Shown here: positions 21,401 to 29,624 of the stretch, piece after piece
Numbering within the stretch: position 1 is the stretch's first letter
Layout of the letters: each line of letters starts with the position of its first letter
Assembly: GCA_029939135.1 (NCBI GenBank)
Contig: JAOZTP010000003.1
Location: forward strand, 1 to 35,672
From: Desulfobacterales bacterium
GTDB lineage: Bacteria; Desulfobacterota; Desulfobacteria; Desulfobacterales; JAFDMD01
Length of the DNA: 35,672 nt
Direction: 5' to 3'
Position numbers and translations under genes: made by a program
The notes under the pieces: generated by a model
The model's input: only the letters and a program-made list of their open reading frames with translations
Told to the model about the DNA's origin: nothing
Databases searched by the model: none

Positions 21401-24400
21401 GGCGATTTATTAATATGGGACGGTTCGTCCGAATGGGTTAGCCGATCAATATCCGGCGATATTAATTTGGATGCGGGCGGAGCCGCAATCATAAGCAAAA
21501 TAGGCGACAAGCCTATAAGTTTGGAGGCGGAATTTAAAACTACCGGCGGAGGCAATATAGAGTTGAAAACTCCTAATACTTCTCCGGTATCAGTCGAAAT
21601 AAGAGACAGCGGAATTCTTTCTACAAGAACCTATGTTGACAAGCAGATACTTGCGGCAAACAGAGCCGCAACATTGGCAAACCTATTAGATGCCAATATT
21701 AGCTCCCCTATTGGAGGCAACATATTAATATGGGACAGCGTCAGACAGCAATGGGCAAACCGAAAAATGATGGGAGATGCCTCTTTAGAAGCAAACGGAG
21801 CAATAGAGGTGGCTAAAATAAAAGGGAAAAGTATTACTTTGGGAGGGACTTTTGAAACTTCGGACGCTATAAAATTAAACGCCCCGAATTCAGTAATAAT
21901 AGACATACCCAAAAGCGGCACATTAGCCACAATCGCAGACGTCGATAGATACATAGAAGCGGCAAACAGTTCGGCTACTTTGGGTAATCTTATAGATACA
22001 AATATTTCCGACGCTATAGCTTCCGGCGATATGCTTTTATGGAATGACATGGAAGAGCAATGGTATAATAAGTCGATAACCGGAGACGCTTCTATAGATA
22101 AAGACGGAAATACCACGGTTACCAGCTTAAAGTCTGGGACAATAGAATTCAACTCTGCAAATCCGGTTAATATCGAAATAGTCAAAAGCGGAGAGATGGC
22201 TACGCTTGCAGACATAGATATAAGTTTAGAGGCGGCAAACAGATCTGCCACTTTGGAGAATCTTATAGATACAAACATTTCCGGCTCTATAGCTTCCGGC
22301 GATATGCTTTTATGGAATAATATAGAAAAACAATGGTATAATAGGCAGATAATCGGAGACGCTTCTATAGATAAAGACGGAAATATTACCGTTAACAGCC
22401 TTAGAGCGGGAATGGTAGAATTTAACGCGTCTTCGCCGATCAGCATTGAGATAACCAAGAGCGGAAGGCTTGCAAGAATGGAAGATTTGGACGCCTACAT
22501 AATAGCGGCAAACGCTACCGCTACATTATCGAATCTTGTAGATACCGATATAAATTTGGCTGCTGCGGGCAATATTGTAATATGGGACGATAGCGCCGAA
22601 AAATGGATTAATAAAGGGCTTTCGCAAGATGTAACCATAGATAAAGGCGGTGTAGCCACAGTTCATAGTATAAACAACAAGCCTGTAAGTTTGGGAGCCG
22701 GTTTTAGTACCGACGGAGAAGGAACAATAGAATTCAAAGCATCCTCGCCCGTATCAATTGAAATAAAAAATAGCGGGGTATTGGCTACGCAGGATTATAT
22801 AGCAGGACAAATAGAGGCTGCAAATAAGGCGGCGGAACTTAGACATCTTGTCGATACCAATATTTCCAATACGCCGGTTAACGCTGATATATTAGTATGG
22901 GACAACAACCAGTGGTTTAACCGCTCAATAAGCGGCGATATTGTTTTAAATAAAACCGGCGAAGTTACTATAAGTAAGGTGGGCGGCGAGTCTATAAGTT
23001 TGGGGGGCGGTTTTCAGACCACAGGCGACGGAACAATCATTCTCGGCGGACCCGTTGAAAGCAGCGAATCCGTGAATGTAATAATAGAGGATAGCGGAGT
23101 ATTAGCTACAAAAGATTATGTCAGCGAAATGATGATCGCCGCAAACAATTCGGCTACTTTGGAAAACCTTACGGATACCGAAATTTCGGATACAATAGCT
23201 TCTCGAGATATATTAATGTGGGACGGAGCTAAATGGGTTAGCCGTAGCGTATCCGGCGATATTCAGTTGGCGGCGGACGGCGGTTCCGAAGTGAAACGTA
23301 TAGGCGGAATGAATGTTGATTTAAGCGGACATTTTGCAACTACAGGCGCGGGAACCATCACATTAAACAATCCGGCGACCAAAGATATATCCGTCAACAT
23401 AAACAAAACCGGCACGGTGGCAATGGTAGATGATCTTAATAACTACATAGGAAATGCGATCGGCGAGGCGCAGTTAAACAAGCTTACGGATACCAACATT
23501 TCGGACGCAATACCTTTGGAGTCCGGAAATATATTGGTATGGGAGGATAACGATCAAAAATGGTTTAATCGCAAAGTTTCCGGCGACGTTAGTTTGGCGG
23601 CAAGCGGCGAGATTATCATAAACAAAGTAGCGGGTAAATCTATAAGCTTGGGAGCCGACTTTAAAACTCCCGGCGCGGGACAAATTGAGTTGAACGCATC
23701 TTCGCCGGTATCAATCAAAATAGCGGAGAGCGGAATAATGGCGACGCAAAATTATGTAAACGCCAGAATAAACGATTCCGGCACGCTTAAAACCCTTATA
23801 GATACCGAAATTTCGGATACAATAGTTTCTCGAGATATATTAATGTGGGACGGAACTAAATGGGTTGACCGTAGCATATCCGGCGATATTCAGCTCACCC
23901 AAGAAGGCAAAGCTACAGTAAGAACGTTAGACGGCGTTTTTATTAATCTGGGCGCCGCTTTCGAGACAAGAGGACCCGGCGCCATCAATATAACCGCTCC
24001 CTTGAATGTGGCGGTTACAATGGATGAAAGCGGAATATTAGCCACTAAAAATTATATTGCCGAACAAATAGATGAGGTTAATAATTCCGGCACATTGAGC
24101 AACCTTAACGATATACAGCTTGCATCGGAAGGGGTTATGATAAACGGAAGTTTATTAATTTGGGATAACGTTCAGAAAAAATGGTTTGATAGAGAGATCG
24201 GACTCGATGCAAGCCTTACAGAAGACGGCAGGCTAACCGTTAAAAGCATAGGCGGAAAATCTATTAGTTTGGGCGGCGAACTTAATACATCAGGCGGAAA
24301 ATTTATTACAAACGGCGGAGATATTACTTTTAACGCCGAAGGCCCCACAATTTTAACATTGCCTACAACCGGCACATTAGCTACTAAGGAGTATGTGGAC

Positions 24401-26269
24401 GATAAAGATCACGCTCTGGCATCTTTGTCGAACGTAATAATAGATAGCGTAAACGATGGCTCAATATTAGTATGGGATGTGGACGGAGGAGCCGACGGAA
24501 CCGGAGTTTGGAAAAGCAAGTCTTTAAGCGGAGACGGCTCTGTTGACGCCGAGGGAAAACTTACCATAACCCACATAGGCGGACAGCCTATAAATTTAGG
24601 AGGCGAATTTAGAACTGCCGGCAAATTTATTACATACGGCGGCGATATAAGATTACGCGCAACAAGCGGCTACGCGGATCTGATTTTGCCTCAAAGCGGA
24701 ACTTTGGCTACGTTAGATAATATAACCGATATGATAAGAGCCTCTAATTTAACCGATTTAAATGACGTTGATCTTGACTACGACACGTTAGAGGGCGGAC
24801 AAATTTTAGTTTGGGACGCCGCCGTTGCTAAATGGAGAAATAAAGGCTTAACAGGAGATATAAGTTTAAACAACTCCGACGGAAATGCAACCGTTAAAAG
24901 CATAGGCGGGCATCCGGTTACATTAGGAGGCAATTTTACCACTGACGGCAACCTAACCTTTAACGTTGCCGGTGGCGAAGCAACTCTTACCCTTCCCGTA
25001 GAGGGAGTTTTGGCTACGCTTAAAGGAAACGAAACTTTTTTTAATAAAATAATAAAAGATAGCAACGCCAGTTTCAATAAGCTTTCATTAGATTTTGAGG
25101 ATAACAAATACGGAGATAAGAGTTTTGACGAAAATGAAACCGAAAGATGGGTTATGACCTTAAAAGATCAAAACGGAACAGCAGAATGGAGAAGAGCTAC
25201 CGATATAGGCGCCGTTTGGGTGGCGGGAAAAGATTCGCAGTATGAGGAGTTGGCATATTATGACGATAATAAAACGGATAATAGAAGTTTAGGCATAGGA
25301 TTCAGTTTTAATCTGATAAACGAAGACGAATCCCCCTACCCTGTAAGAGATAATCAGAGTTTTGATATTTCCGAAACAGGAGATGAAGATACTATTTTAG
25401 ATTATCAGCTTTATGTGGGCAGAAAAGAGCCTCTTGGAGGCAGCATATATGCTTACGGACATATAATGGCTAAAGATTATTATGAATTCAGCGACGAACG
25501 CTTAAAAGAAAACATCGCAAGCATATCTTCTTACGCGCCTATAATGGATAAAATAAGAAATATAGAAGGGGTTTATTACGATTGGAATTCCTTATATTAT
25601 GATAAGAATAAAATAAATAAAAAGCAAAGACGCCAAATAGGATTTATAGCGCAGCAATTGGAAAAAGAATTTCCGGAACTTGTTCAAACCGAAACAGACG
25701 GTTTTAAATCGGTTACATATTCAAAATTCGTTCCGGTGCTTTTAGAAGGCATAAAAGAATTAGATAGGCAGATTAATCATAGAGAAAATTCCATTTTTAT
25801 AGATCCGGACGGAAATATAAACCTTAAAGGAATCGTAAAAATAGACAATATCGCTATTATAGATAAAAAAGGAAATATTGCCGCAAACAACCTTAAAGTA
25901 AAAGAGGATATCCAAACATCCAATACCTTCTCGATACTTCGGTCCGATACGCTATCGGCTTTAATTGCAGTTTCAACCGAAAAAAGAGCGAATAAAAAGG
26001 TAGAGGGTTATATCTCGGCAAAAGACATATACATTGCGGATAAAGACAGATGGGCTTCCGAATTCGATTCTAGGATAAAAATCGTTTCCGAAACTCCGGA
26101 GGATACAAGCTGCTCCGCCGAAAACGTCGGGGAGATGCGTTTCGTTTCAAAAGATTCAACCCTGTGCATATGCGACGAAAAAGGGAGTTGGTTAAAATTT
26201 AATACATCCGAAAAGGAAAAAAAGCTTGCCGCTTCGACTCCGATAGATATTGACGCTTTTTTCGATTAA
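18494..26269 (+). CDS. Giant secreted tail-fibre-like repetitive protein with peptidase S74 intramolecular chaperone domain (putative adhesin)
   Basis: RBS ggagg at 18484-18488, then ATG 18494 with a Sec signal (MKKFFICF..IYAQA). About 16 tandem ~90-110 aa repeats at ~19975-25050. S74 motif SDERLKENI..YDW..IGFIAQQLEKEFPELV..Y..LLEGIKEL from 25490. Confidence 0.85.
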   Translation: MKKFFICFISMLFIFLLFNIYAQAAKNNNENKTPSSTTDKPKPELPYLPKIKPLKSKIFKKTSLEIAALKKAAISYYEETGAWPLDAERLKAFGLKKWNGKSSWGTPISFYVKNGEFIISNKVPDNLHAAFEGFGRIEKDKKTGKVNIHIAPPNSIQIRDNAKLFEQDIIISKSEPILRLEDTNISDLNLTDSNISDSNLSDANNSLSVFIMNKNGELVFLDNKKLPNIRVKQKGDVEIKGNLSAVSNSIRLKNIENEGSSLIEMADAANKYKAVLRVGDKYKNDKEEVIPEGFQMGTISKHPVTMLVNNSPRVIIDEENLSSPNINAINIHSGNIAADNIKINKTINGEDITKLLDGLIVLINSKELSDIVNRNVKLMTETNIEDYAISIAGTKALVGDIIPAISSKYIIGSSARSFKAGYFDSLYISGSSLYMDGVKVLSSEGAILNGDISGTGVKAVIDENNPSDVKLASEKAITDYVQEKVANISGIPGKLQLGGDFITTGDMTLNVMGGGTTEITLPVTGTLATREWTLAQNLSANIALSDLTNVADNLPDTAGNMLIWDNSGILQSKALTRDVSVNQYGVATVNSIDGEPITLGGAFETVNPIKLEASKDVTVKIEDSGTLATQAYVVSQIVGSNMSAATTLASLTDTDITASDSSGDIIIWDAGSNTWINKKISQDVSLEKTGAATVTSIGGKSISLEAPFKTTGDKIIELKASAQNVMLTIEDTGIVATKGYVTEQMKDVMPNEISSPVTGNLVIWDGDKNKWVNNSLYQDVSLEKDGKATVTHIGGKTISLGAGFKTNGAGGNIELNASAPVSVEIHRSGVLATIDDINDYIIAAGEAARLEDLTDVAITTSGVSGDIIIWDAISNKWVNKKVYQDVELAKDGKATVTHIGGKSISLGAGFKTNWGGNIELNASAPVSVVITDSGTLATKEYVDKEIFAASGSAKLKDLSDTVISDTISAGDLLIWDGSSEWVSRSISGDINLDAGGAAIISKIGDKPISLEAEFKTTGGGNIELKTPNTSPVSVEIRDSGILSTRTYVDKQILAANRAATLANLLDANISSPIGGNILIWDSVRQQWANRKMMGDASLEANGAIEVAKIKGKSITLGGTFETSDAIKLNAPNSVIIDIPKSGTLATIADVDRYIEAANSSATLGNLIDTNISDAIASGDMLLWNDMEEQWYNKSITGDASIDKDGNTTVTSLKSGTIEFNSANPVNIEIVKSGEMATLADIDISLEAANRSATLENLIDTNISGSIASGDMLLWNNIEKQWYNRQIIGDASIDKDGNITVNSLRAGMVEFNASSPISIEITKSGRLARMEDLDAYIIAANATATLSNLVDTDINLAAAGNIVIWDDSAEKWINKGLSQDVTIDKGGVATVHSINNKPVSLGAGFSTDGEGTIEFKASSPVSIEIKNSGVLATQDYIAGQIEAANKAAELRHLVDTNISNTPVNADILVWDNNQWFNRSISGDIVLNKTGEVTISKVGGESISLGGGFQTTGDGTIILGGPVESSESVNVIIEDSGVLATKDYVSEMMIAANNSATLENLTDTEISDTIASRDILMWDGAKWVSRSVSGDIQLAADGGSEVKRIGGMNVDLSGHFATTGAGTITLNNPATKDISVNINKTGTVAMVDDLNNYIGNAIGEAQLNKLTDTNISDAIPLESGNILVWEDNDQKWFNRKVSGDVSLAASGEIIINKVAGKSISLGADFKTPGAGQIELNASSPVSIKIAESGIMATQNYVNARINDSGTLKTLIDTEISDTIVSRDILMWDGTKWVDRSISGDIQLTQEGKATVRTLDGVFINLGAAFETRGPGAINITAPLNVAVTMDESGILATKNYIAEQIDEVNNSGTLSNLNDIQLASEGVMINGSLLIWDNVQKKWFDREIGLDASLTEDGRLTVKSIGGKSISLGGELNTSGGKFITNGGDITFNAEGPTILTLPTTGTLATKEYVDDKDHALASLSNVIIDSVNDGSILVWDVDGGADGTGVWKSKSLSGDGSVDAEGKLTITHIGGQPINLGGEFRTAGKFITYGGDIRLRATSGYADLILPQSGTLATLDNITDMIRASNLTDLNDVDLDYDTLEGGQILVWDAAVAKWRNKGLTGDISLNNSDGNATVKSIGGHPVTLGGNFTTDGNLTFNVAGGEATLTLPVEGVLATLKGNETFFNKIIKDSNASFNKLSLDFEDNKYGDKSFDENETERWVMTLKDQNGTAEWRRATDIGAVWVAGKDSQYEELAYYDDNKTDNRSLGIGFSFNLINEDESPYPVRDNQSFDISETGDEDTILDYQLYVGRKEPLGGSIYAYGHIMAKDYYEFSDERLKENIASISSYAPIMDKIRNIEGVYYDWNSLYYDKNKINKKQRRQIGFIAQQLEKEFPELVQTETDGFKSVTYSKFVPVLLEGIKELDRQINHRENSIFIDPDGNINLKGIVKIDNIAIIDKKGNIAANNLKVKEDIQTSNTFSILRSDTLSALIAVSTEKRANKKVEGYISAKDIYIADKDRWASEFDSRIKIVSETPEDTSCSAENVGEMRFVSKDSTLCICDEKGSWLKFNTSEKEKKLAASTPIDIDAFFD
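19975..25050 (+). repeat. About 16 full plus one partial intragenic tandem repeats of ~100 aa
   Basis: Recurrent consensus ISLG..F.T.G...IEL....V...I..SG.LAT..YV......A.L..L.DT.I......G.ILIWD....W.N....GD..L...G...V..IGGK, counted by hand in the translation. Confidence 0.9.
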
Positions 26270-26301
26270 GGAACAGAGCCGCAATAAATTTAATATACCT
26301 T

Positions 26302-26331
26302 TTTAATCCCCTTTTTTAAGAGGGGATTAAA
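26302..26331. terminator. Hairpin between the fibre gene and aroQ
   Basis: 11-bp stem tttaatcccct-tttttaag-aggggattaaa, 33 nt after the stop. No clear U-tract on the plus strand. Confidence 0.45.
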
Positions 26332-26343
26332 GGGAAATAACAT

Positions 26344-26799
26344 ATGAAAAAAATAGTAATAATCAACGGACCAAACCTTAATATGCTCGGCAAAAGAGAG
26401 CCGAATATATACGGAAACGCAACCCTTGAGCAGATAAACGCAGAACTTTGCGCAATAGGAAAAGAAAAAAAAGTATCCGTTGAAACCTTTCAATCAAATC
26501 ATGAAGGGGCGATAATAGATAAGATACAGGAAGTATCGGATAAATGCGCCGGATTAATAATAAACCCCGGCGCATTTACCCATACAAGCATAGCCATAAG
26601 AGACGCTCTTCTGCTTATTCAGGCTCCCATAATAGAGGTTCATCTTTCAAACATATACAAAAGAGAAGCCTTCCGTCATAAATCTACAATATCCGATATT
26701 GCAGCCGGAAAAATAACAGGCTTTGGAGCGGCAGGATATTTCTTTGCCTTAAAAACCCTTATAGCCGAAATGTCCGTTAAAAACGGTTATAATGAATAA
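26344..26799 (+). CDS. aroQ: Type II 3-dehydroquinate dehydratase
   Basis: INGPNLNMLGKREPNIYG, FQSNHEG, NPGAFTHTS and EVHLSNIYKRE motifs. Confidence 0.98.
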   Translation: MKKIVIINGPNLNMLGKREPNIYGNATLEQINAELCAIGKEKKVSVETFQSNHEGAIIDKIQEVSDKCAGLIINPGAFTHTSIAIRDALLLIQAPIIEVHLSNIYKREAFRHKSTISDIAAGKITGFGAAGYFFALKTLIAEMSVKNGYNE

Positions 26800-27316
26800 A
26801 CTCATCAACCTCTTTTCTTTTAGGCGGTTTAGGAGATTGAGCTGGATACCCCGCGCAAATCAAAGTCGCCAATTCGTAGCTTTTTGGAACAGATAAAATA
26901 TCTTTTGCCTTATCATGATCAAAAGAGCCTATAATTAAGGTTCCAAGCCCCATATCATGAGCCGCAAGAGCAAGACTTTGAGTCGCAATTCCCAAGTCAT
27001 GCATAAACCAGTCTCCGAATATAGTGGTTGCTTTGCCTTTATAATATCCAGCGACTTCCAACTTTCCGCATAGCGCAAAAAGAATCGGAGCGCTTACGAC
27101 AGCTTCGGTTGCCGGATTTTTAGGACTTATAATCGCTTTCAGCGCCTCCCTTATTTTATTATCCGAAACCGATATTATCTCCCAGCATTGAGTATTTGCC
27201 CAAGAGGGCGACCATCTTACCGCTTTCAAAAGTTTTTGGACATTCTCTTTGGATACCTCTTTGTTTTCATATTTTCGGATACTTCTTCTTGTTTCTATTA
27301 GTTGGGTTGAATTCAC
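26777..27316 (-). CDS. Nitroreductase family protein
   Basis: TRRSIRKY, SPSWANTQCW and LAAHDMGLGT motifs. GTG start with AGGAGG upstream; 3' end overlaps aroQ by 23 nt. Confidence 0.93.
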   Translation of the reverse strand: MNSTQLIETRRSIRKYENKEVSKENVQKLLKAVRWSPSWANTQCWEIISVSDNKIREALKAIISPKNPATEAVVSAPILFALCGKLEVAGYYKGKATTIFGDWFMHDLGIATQSLALAAHDMGLGTLIIGSFDHDKAKDILSVPKSYELATLICAGYPAQSPKPPKRKEVDEFIHYNRF

Positions 27317-27327
27317 TTTTCCTCCTT

Positions 27328-27473
27328 TAAATTTTGGCGCATAACTTCGTATTTTGCCCGTTTGCGGCGTTAAAAAACTTTTTTAATCCTCGAAATACTC
27401 CATGTATTCCTGCGGTTAAAAAAGTTTTTCGCCTTGCAAACGAACAAACCACTTTGTTATGCGCCAAAATTTA
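27328..27473 (+). repeat. Full-length family A palindromic element with perfect 18-bp terminal inverted repeats (MITE/REP-like)
   Basis: taaattttggcgcataac (27328-27345) and gttatgcgccaaaattta (27456-27473). Inner arms aaaaacttttttaa / ttaaaaaagttttt surround a central gaaatac..gtattcc hairpin. Confidence 0.85.
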
Positions 27474-27496
27474 TTCATTCTTTTTATGATTAAAAA

Positions 27497-27575
27497 AACA
27501 AACTCCTTTGTTATGCGCCAAAATTTTATTCGTCTCAAAACCGAACAAATTATTTTGTTACCCGCCAAAATTTTA
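27497..27575 (+). repeat. Two extra tandem right-end fragments of family A
   Basis: aacaaactcctttgttatgcgccaaaatttt (~27497-27527) and gaacaaattattttgttacccgccaaaattttt (~27543-27575). Confidence 0.7.
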
Positions 27576-27622
27576 TTATTTTTTTATAATTAGATATTTT
27601 TAAATTACCTCTAAAAAAATAT

Positions 27623-27696
27623 TCGTCGAAATGATAAGCAAAAATAACATTCGGCAAAAATAAGAAGTCTGTCATTTCGAGCGAAGCGAGAAACCC
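27623..27696. repeat. Two oppositely oriented family B (TGTCATTTCGA) repeats
   Basis: tcgtcgaaatgataagcaaaaataacatt (inverted relative to 7636-7664) and tgtcatttcgagcgaagcgagaaaccc. Confidence 0.7.
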
Positions 27697-27871
27697 ATTA
27701 ATTCTTTTTATGATTAACTTTTTTTAATATTTTAATAACGGGCGTTCTTTTGTTTATATTTTAAAATATTTAATTAAAAAACTTATCAAAAAAAAAGAAA
27801 AAATTAAAGCAAAAGATTCTATTTTTTCCTTGCAATTATTAAAATCATTGAGTATTTATGCTTGCAATGGC

Positions 27872-27959
27872 GCCCGGGTGGCGGAACTGGTAGACGCAAG
27901 GGACTTAAAATCCCTCAGCCCTTGTGGCTGTACGAGTTCAATTCTCGTCCTGGGCACCA
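27872..27959 (+). tRNA. tRNA-Leu (anticodon UAA)
   Basis: Acceptor stem gcccggg/cctgggc plus A-CCA, D-arm gtggcggaactggtagacgc, anticodon arm aggga-cttaaaa-tccct, long variable arm, T-arm acgag-ttcaatt-ctcgt. Confidence 0.97.
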
Positions 27960-28102
27960 TCTTCTCTTTTTCAAATCCATTAAAAACCTATTTTGTAAAT
28001 TTTTTTTTATTTGCGATTTATTTGCGTTATATAAAATAAAAGAGTATCTCGCCAAACATATAATTAAAACATATTCCAAAATAATTTTACGGCGTATAAT
28101 TA

Positions 28103-29490
28103 ATGACAATTTTTTTTAGTATAATTGCAATTTTTACGGCTTGCATAATAGCCGCTTTTAATCATTCCTATAAACTGCTTAAAGAGGAGGCTGGAGCAAA
28201 AAGATATATAGAGATATTAAGAGAAACCCGCCCGAAGTTTGCAAAAGAATATAAAAAATATTTAAAAGCAGGGTTGGATAAACTTGATTCTATTTTCGGA
28301 AAGCCTTTTAGCGATCAGGCTTTAACTATTAATACATCCTTTGCGGTTTTCTATGCAATATCCTTTTTTGCGTTATCTTGGCTTATAGGCGGAAGCGGTA
28401 AAATAGGCTCTATAATCATACTGTCGGAAAACCTTTCCATTCCTTTAAGGTTTTTCTCCGTTTTTATTTTTATACTTGTCTTTATTTTAATCTTTTATCT
28501 AATTTTTAATTACAAAAAATTTGACATAGCAGCCGAAAATATTCTTTCAAAAATAGTCCCGAAAAATTTTCAAGATGGATTTATCGCCTATTTTTTGCTC
28601 TGTCATTTCTTGCTTCAGCCTTTGTTTTAGATAATTATTTTATTTTATTTTTTTCAGCTTTGTTAAGCCCTGCATTCGTATCCGTATTCATATTCGCAGC
28701 CATATTCGCAGGAGCAGGAATGGGAATATTTTCATTATTATATGTCGCAGCCTTATTATTATATAAAAAAAGATTTTTATTATATTATATATCATCCGTT
28801 ATTATTATTTTATTCTTTACGGTTTTGGGTTTGGAGATAAAAAATATTAAAGTTGATAATGAATCGGTCTCATCTTTATTCTTTTTTATTATCCTTCCTT
28901 GCACAAACGGAGCTATGGACTTTATATCCTTTTTGATAAGCAGAATTTTGGGCAGAAAGATAGAAAAGGATGAAAAAATTTGCTCTTTTCTATGGCATTT
29001 TGCAATTGATTTTATTGCGGCTGTAACTTTGCTCGTGCTGTTGATTTTCGGAATAACCTTTTTAACCGAAATTTTTAATATTTTAATTATAAAAAATCCG
29101 AAATTGATGATAAATCTGCCTGAAATCATAGAGAATGCAAAGGCGGAGCCTTGGGGCGCAAAAGGTTTATGGATAACCTTAATGTTAATAAGCACCCTTA
29201 TCCCCACCTTTTCTCATTTTATAATAGCATTTGTCGGAGCTTATACCCTCTATTTTACGCCGGCAAAAATAAGAGAAGCTATTGCTTTAAAAATAGAGCA
29301 AAAAAAGAGCCCGCAGGATTTAACTTTGTCCGCCCTTTATTTTGCGCTTAAATATCCGTTATGCGTAGCTGTTGGAATTGGCTTTTGGACGCTTTTAATA
29401 TTTTTTTTAAATAAATTTATGCATGTTGCGGCAAAATTATCAGACGTAGCCTATGCGGGAATAGATTTTGCCGAATATATTATTCGTTAA
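28103..29490 (+). pseudogene. Polytopic membrane protein of unknown function, split by a single-base frameshift near 28567-28570
   Basis: The frame of ORF 28660-29490 is open back through 28570 (SRWIYRLFFALSFLASAFVLDNYFILFFSALLSPAF). One extra T in the aaaaatttt run would fuse it with ORF 28103-28630 into about 460 aa. Confidence 0.6.
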
Positions 29491-29624
29491 GTTAAAGGAA
29501 GCCGCTTTAACTGGTTTTTTCTTGACAAAAAGCTCCTGCCAATATAGACAAATAAAATTATTTTGTGGAAAATCAGATTAACCGGTAATTTTTATAAAGT
29601 TTTATATCACAATACGGAGTCTTT

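Noticed and set aside
23174-23893. Near-identical 93-nt pair as a diversity-generating retroelement TR/VR
   Set aside because: Mismatches are not confined to adenines of one copy, both copies are internal and in frame, and no reverse transcriptase is in the window.
18494-26269. Prophage or tailocin locus
   Set aside because: There are no other phage structural, lysis or integration genes, and the protein has a Sec signal peptide and housekeeping neighbours.
27339-27462. Family A ends (GCATAAC..GTTATGC) resemble integron attC core sites
   Set aside because: Complementarity extends well outside the core, copies sit between housekeeping operon genes in both orientations, and no cassette array or integrase is present. 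An IntegronFinder run would settle it.
27443-27575. Three spaced repeats (aacaaa..tttgtta..cgccaaaattt) resembling a mini CRISPR array
   Set aside because: The repeats are degenerate, the spacers are short and unequal, there are no cas genes, and the unit is the right end of the dispersed family A element.
27830-28119. Short ORFs 27830-28039, 27862-28119 and 27915-28109
   Set aside because: They overlap the tRNA-Leu gene and AT-rich spacer and are spurious.
29560-29615. Possible Rex operator upstream of qrcA (..atatcacaa)
   Set aside because: Only one half-site resembles TTGTGAA-N4-TTCACAA, which is too weak to call.
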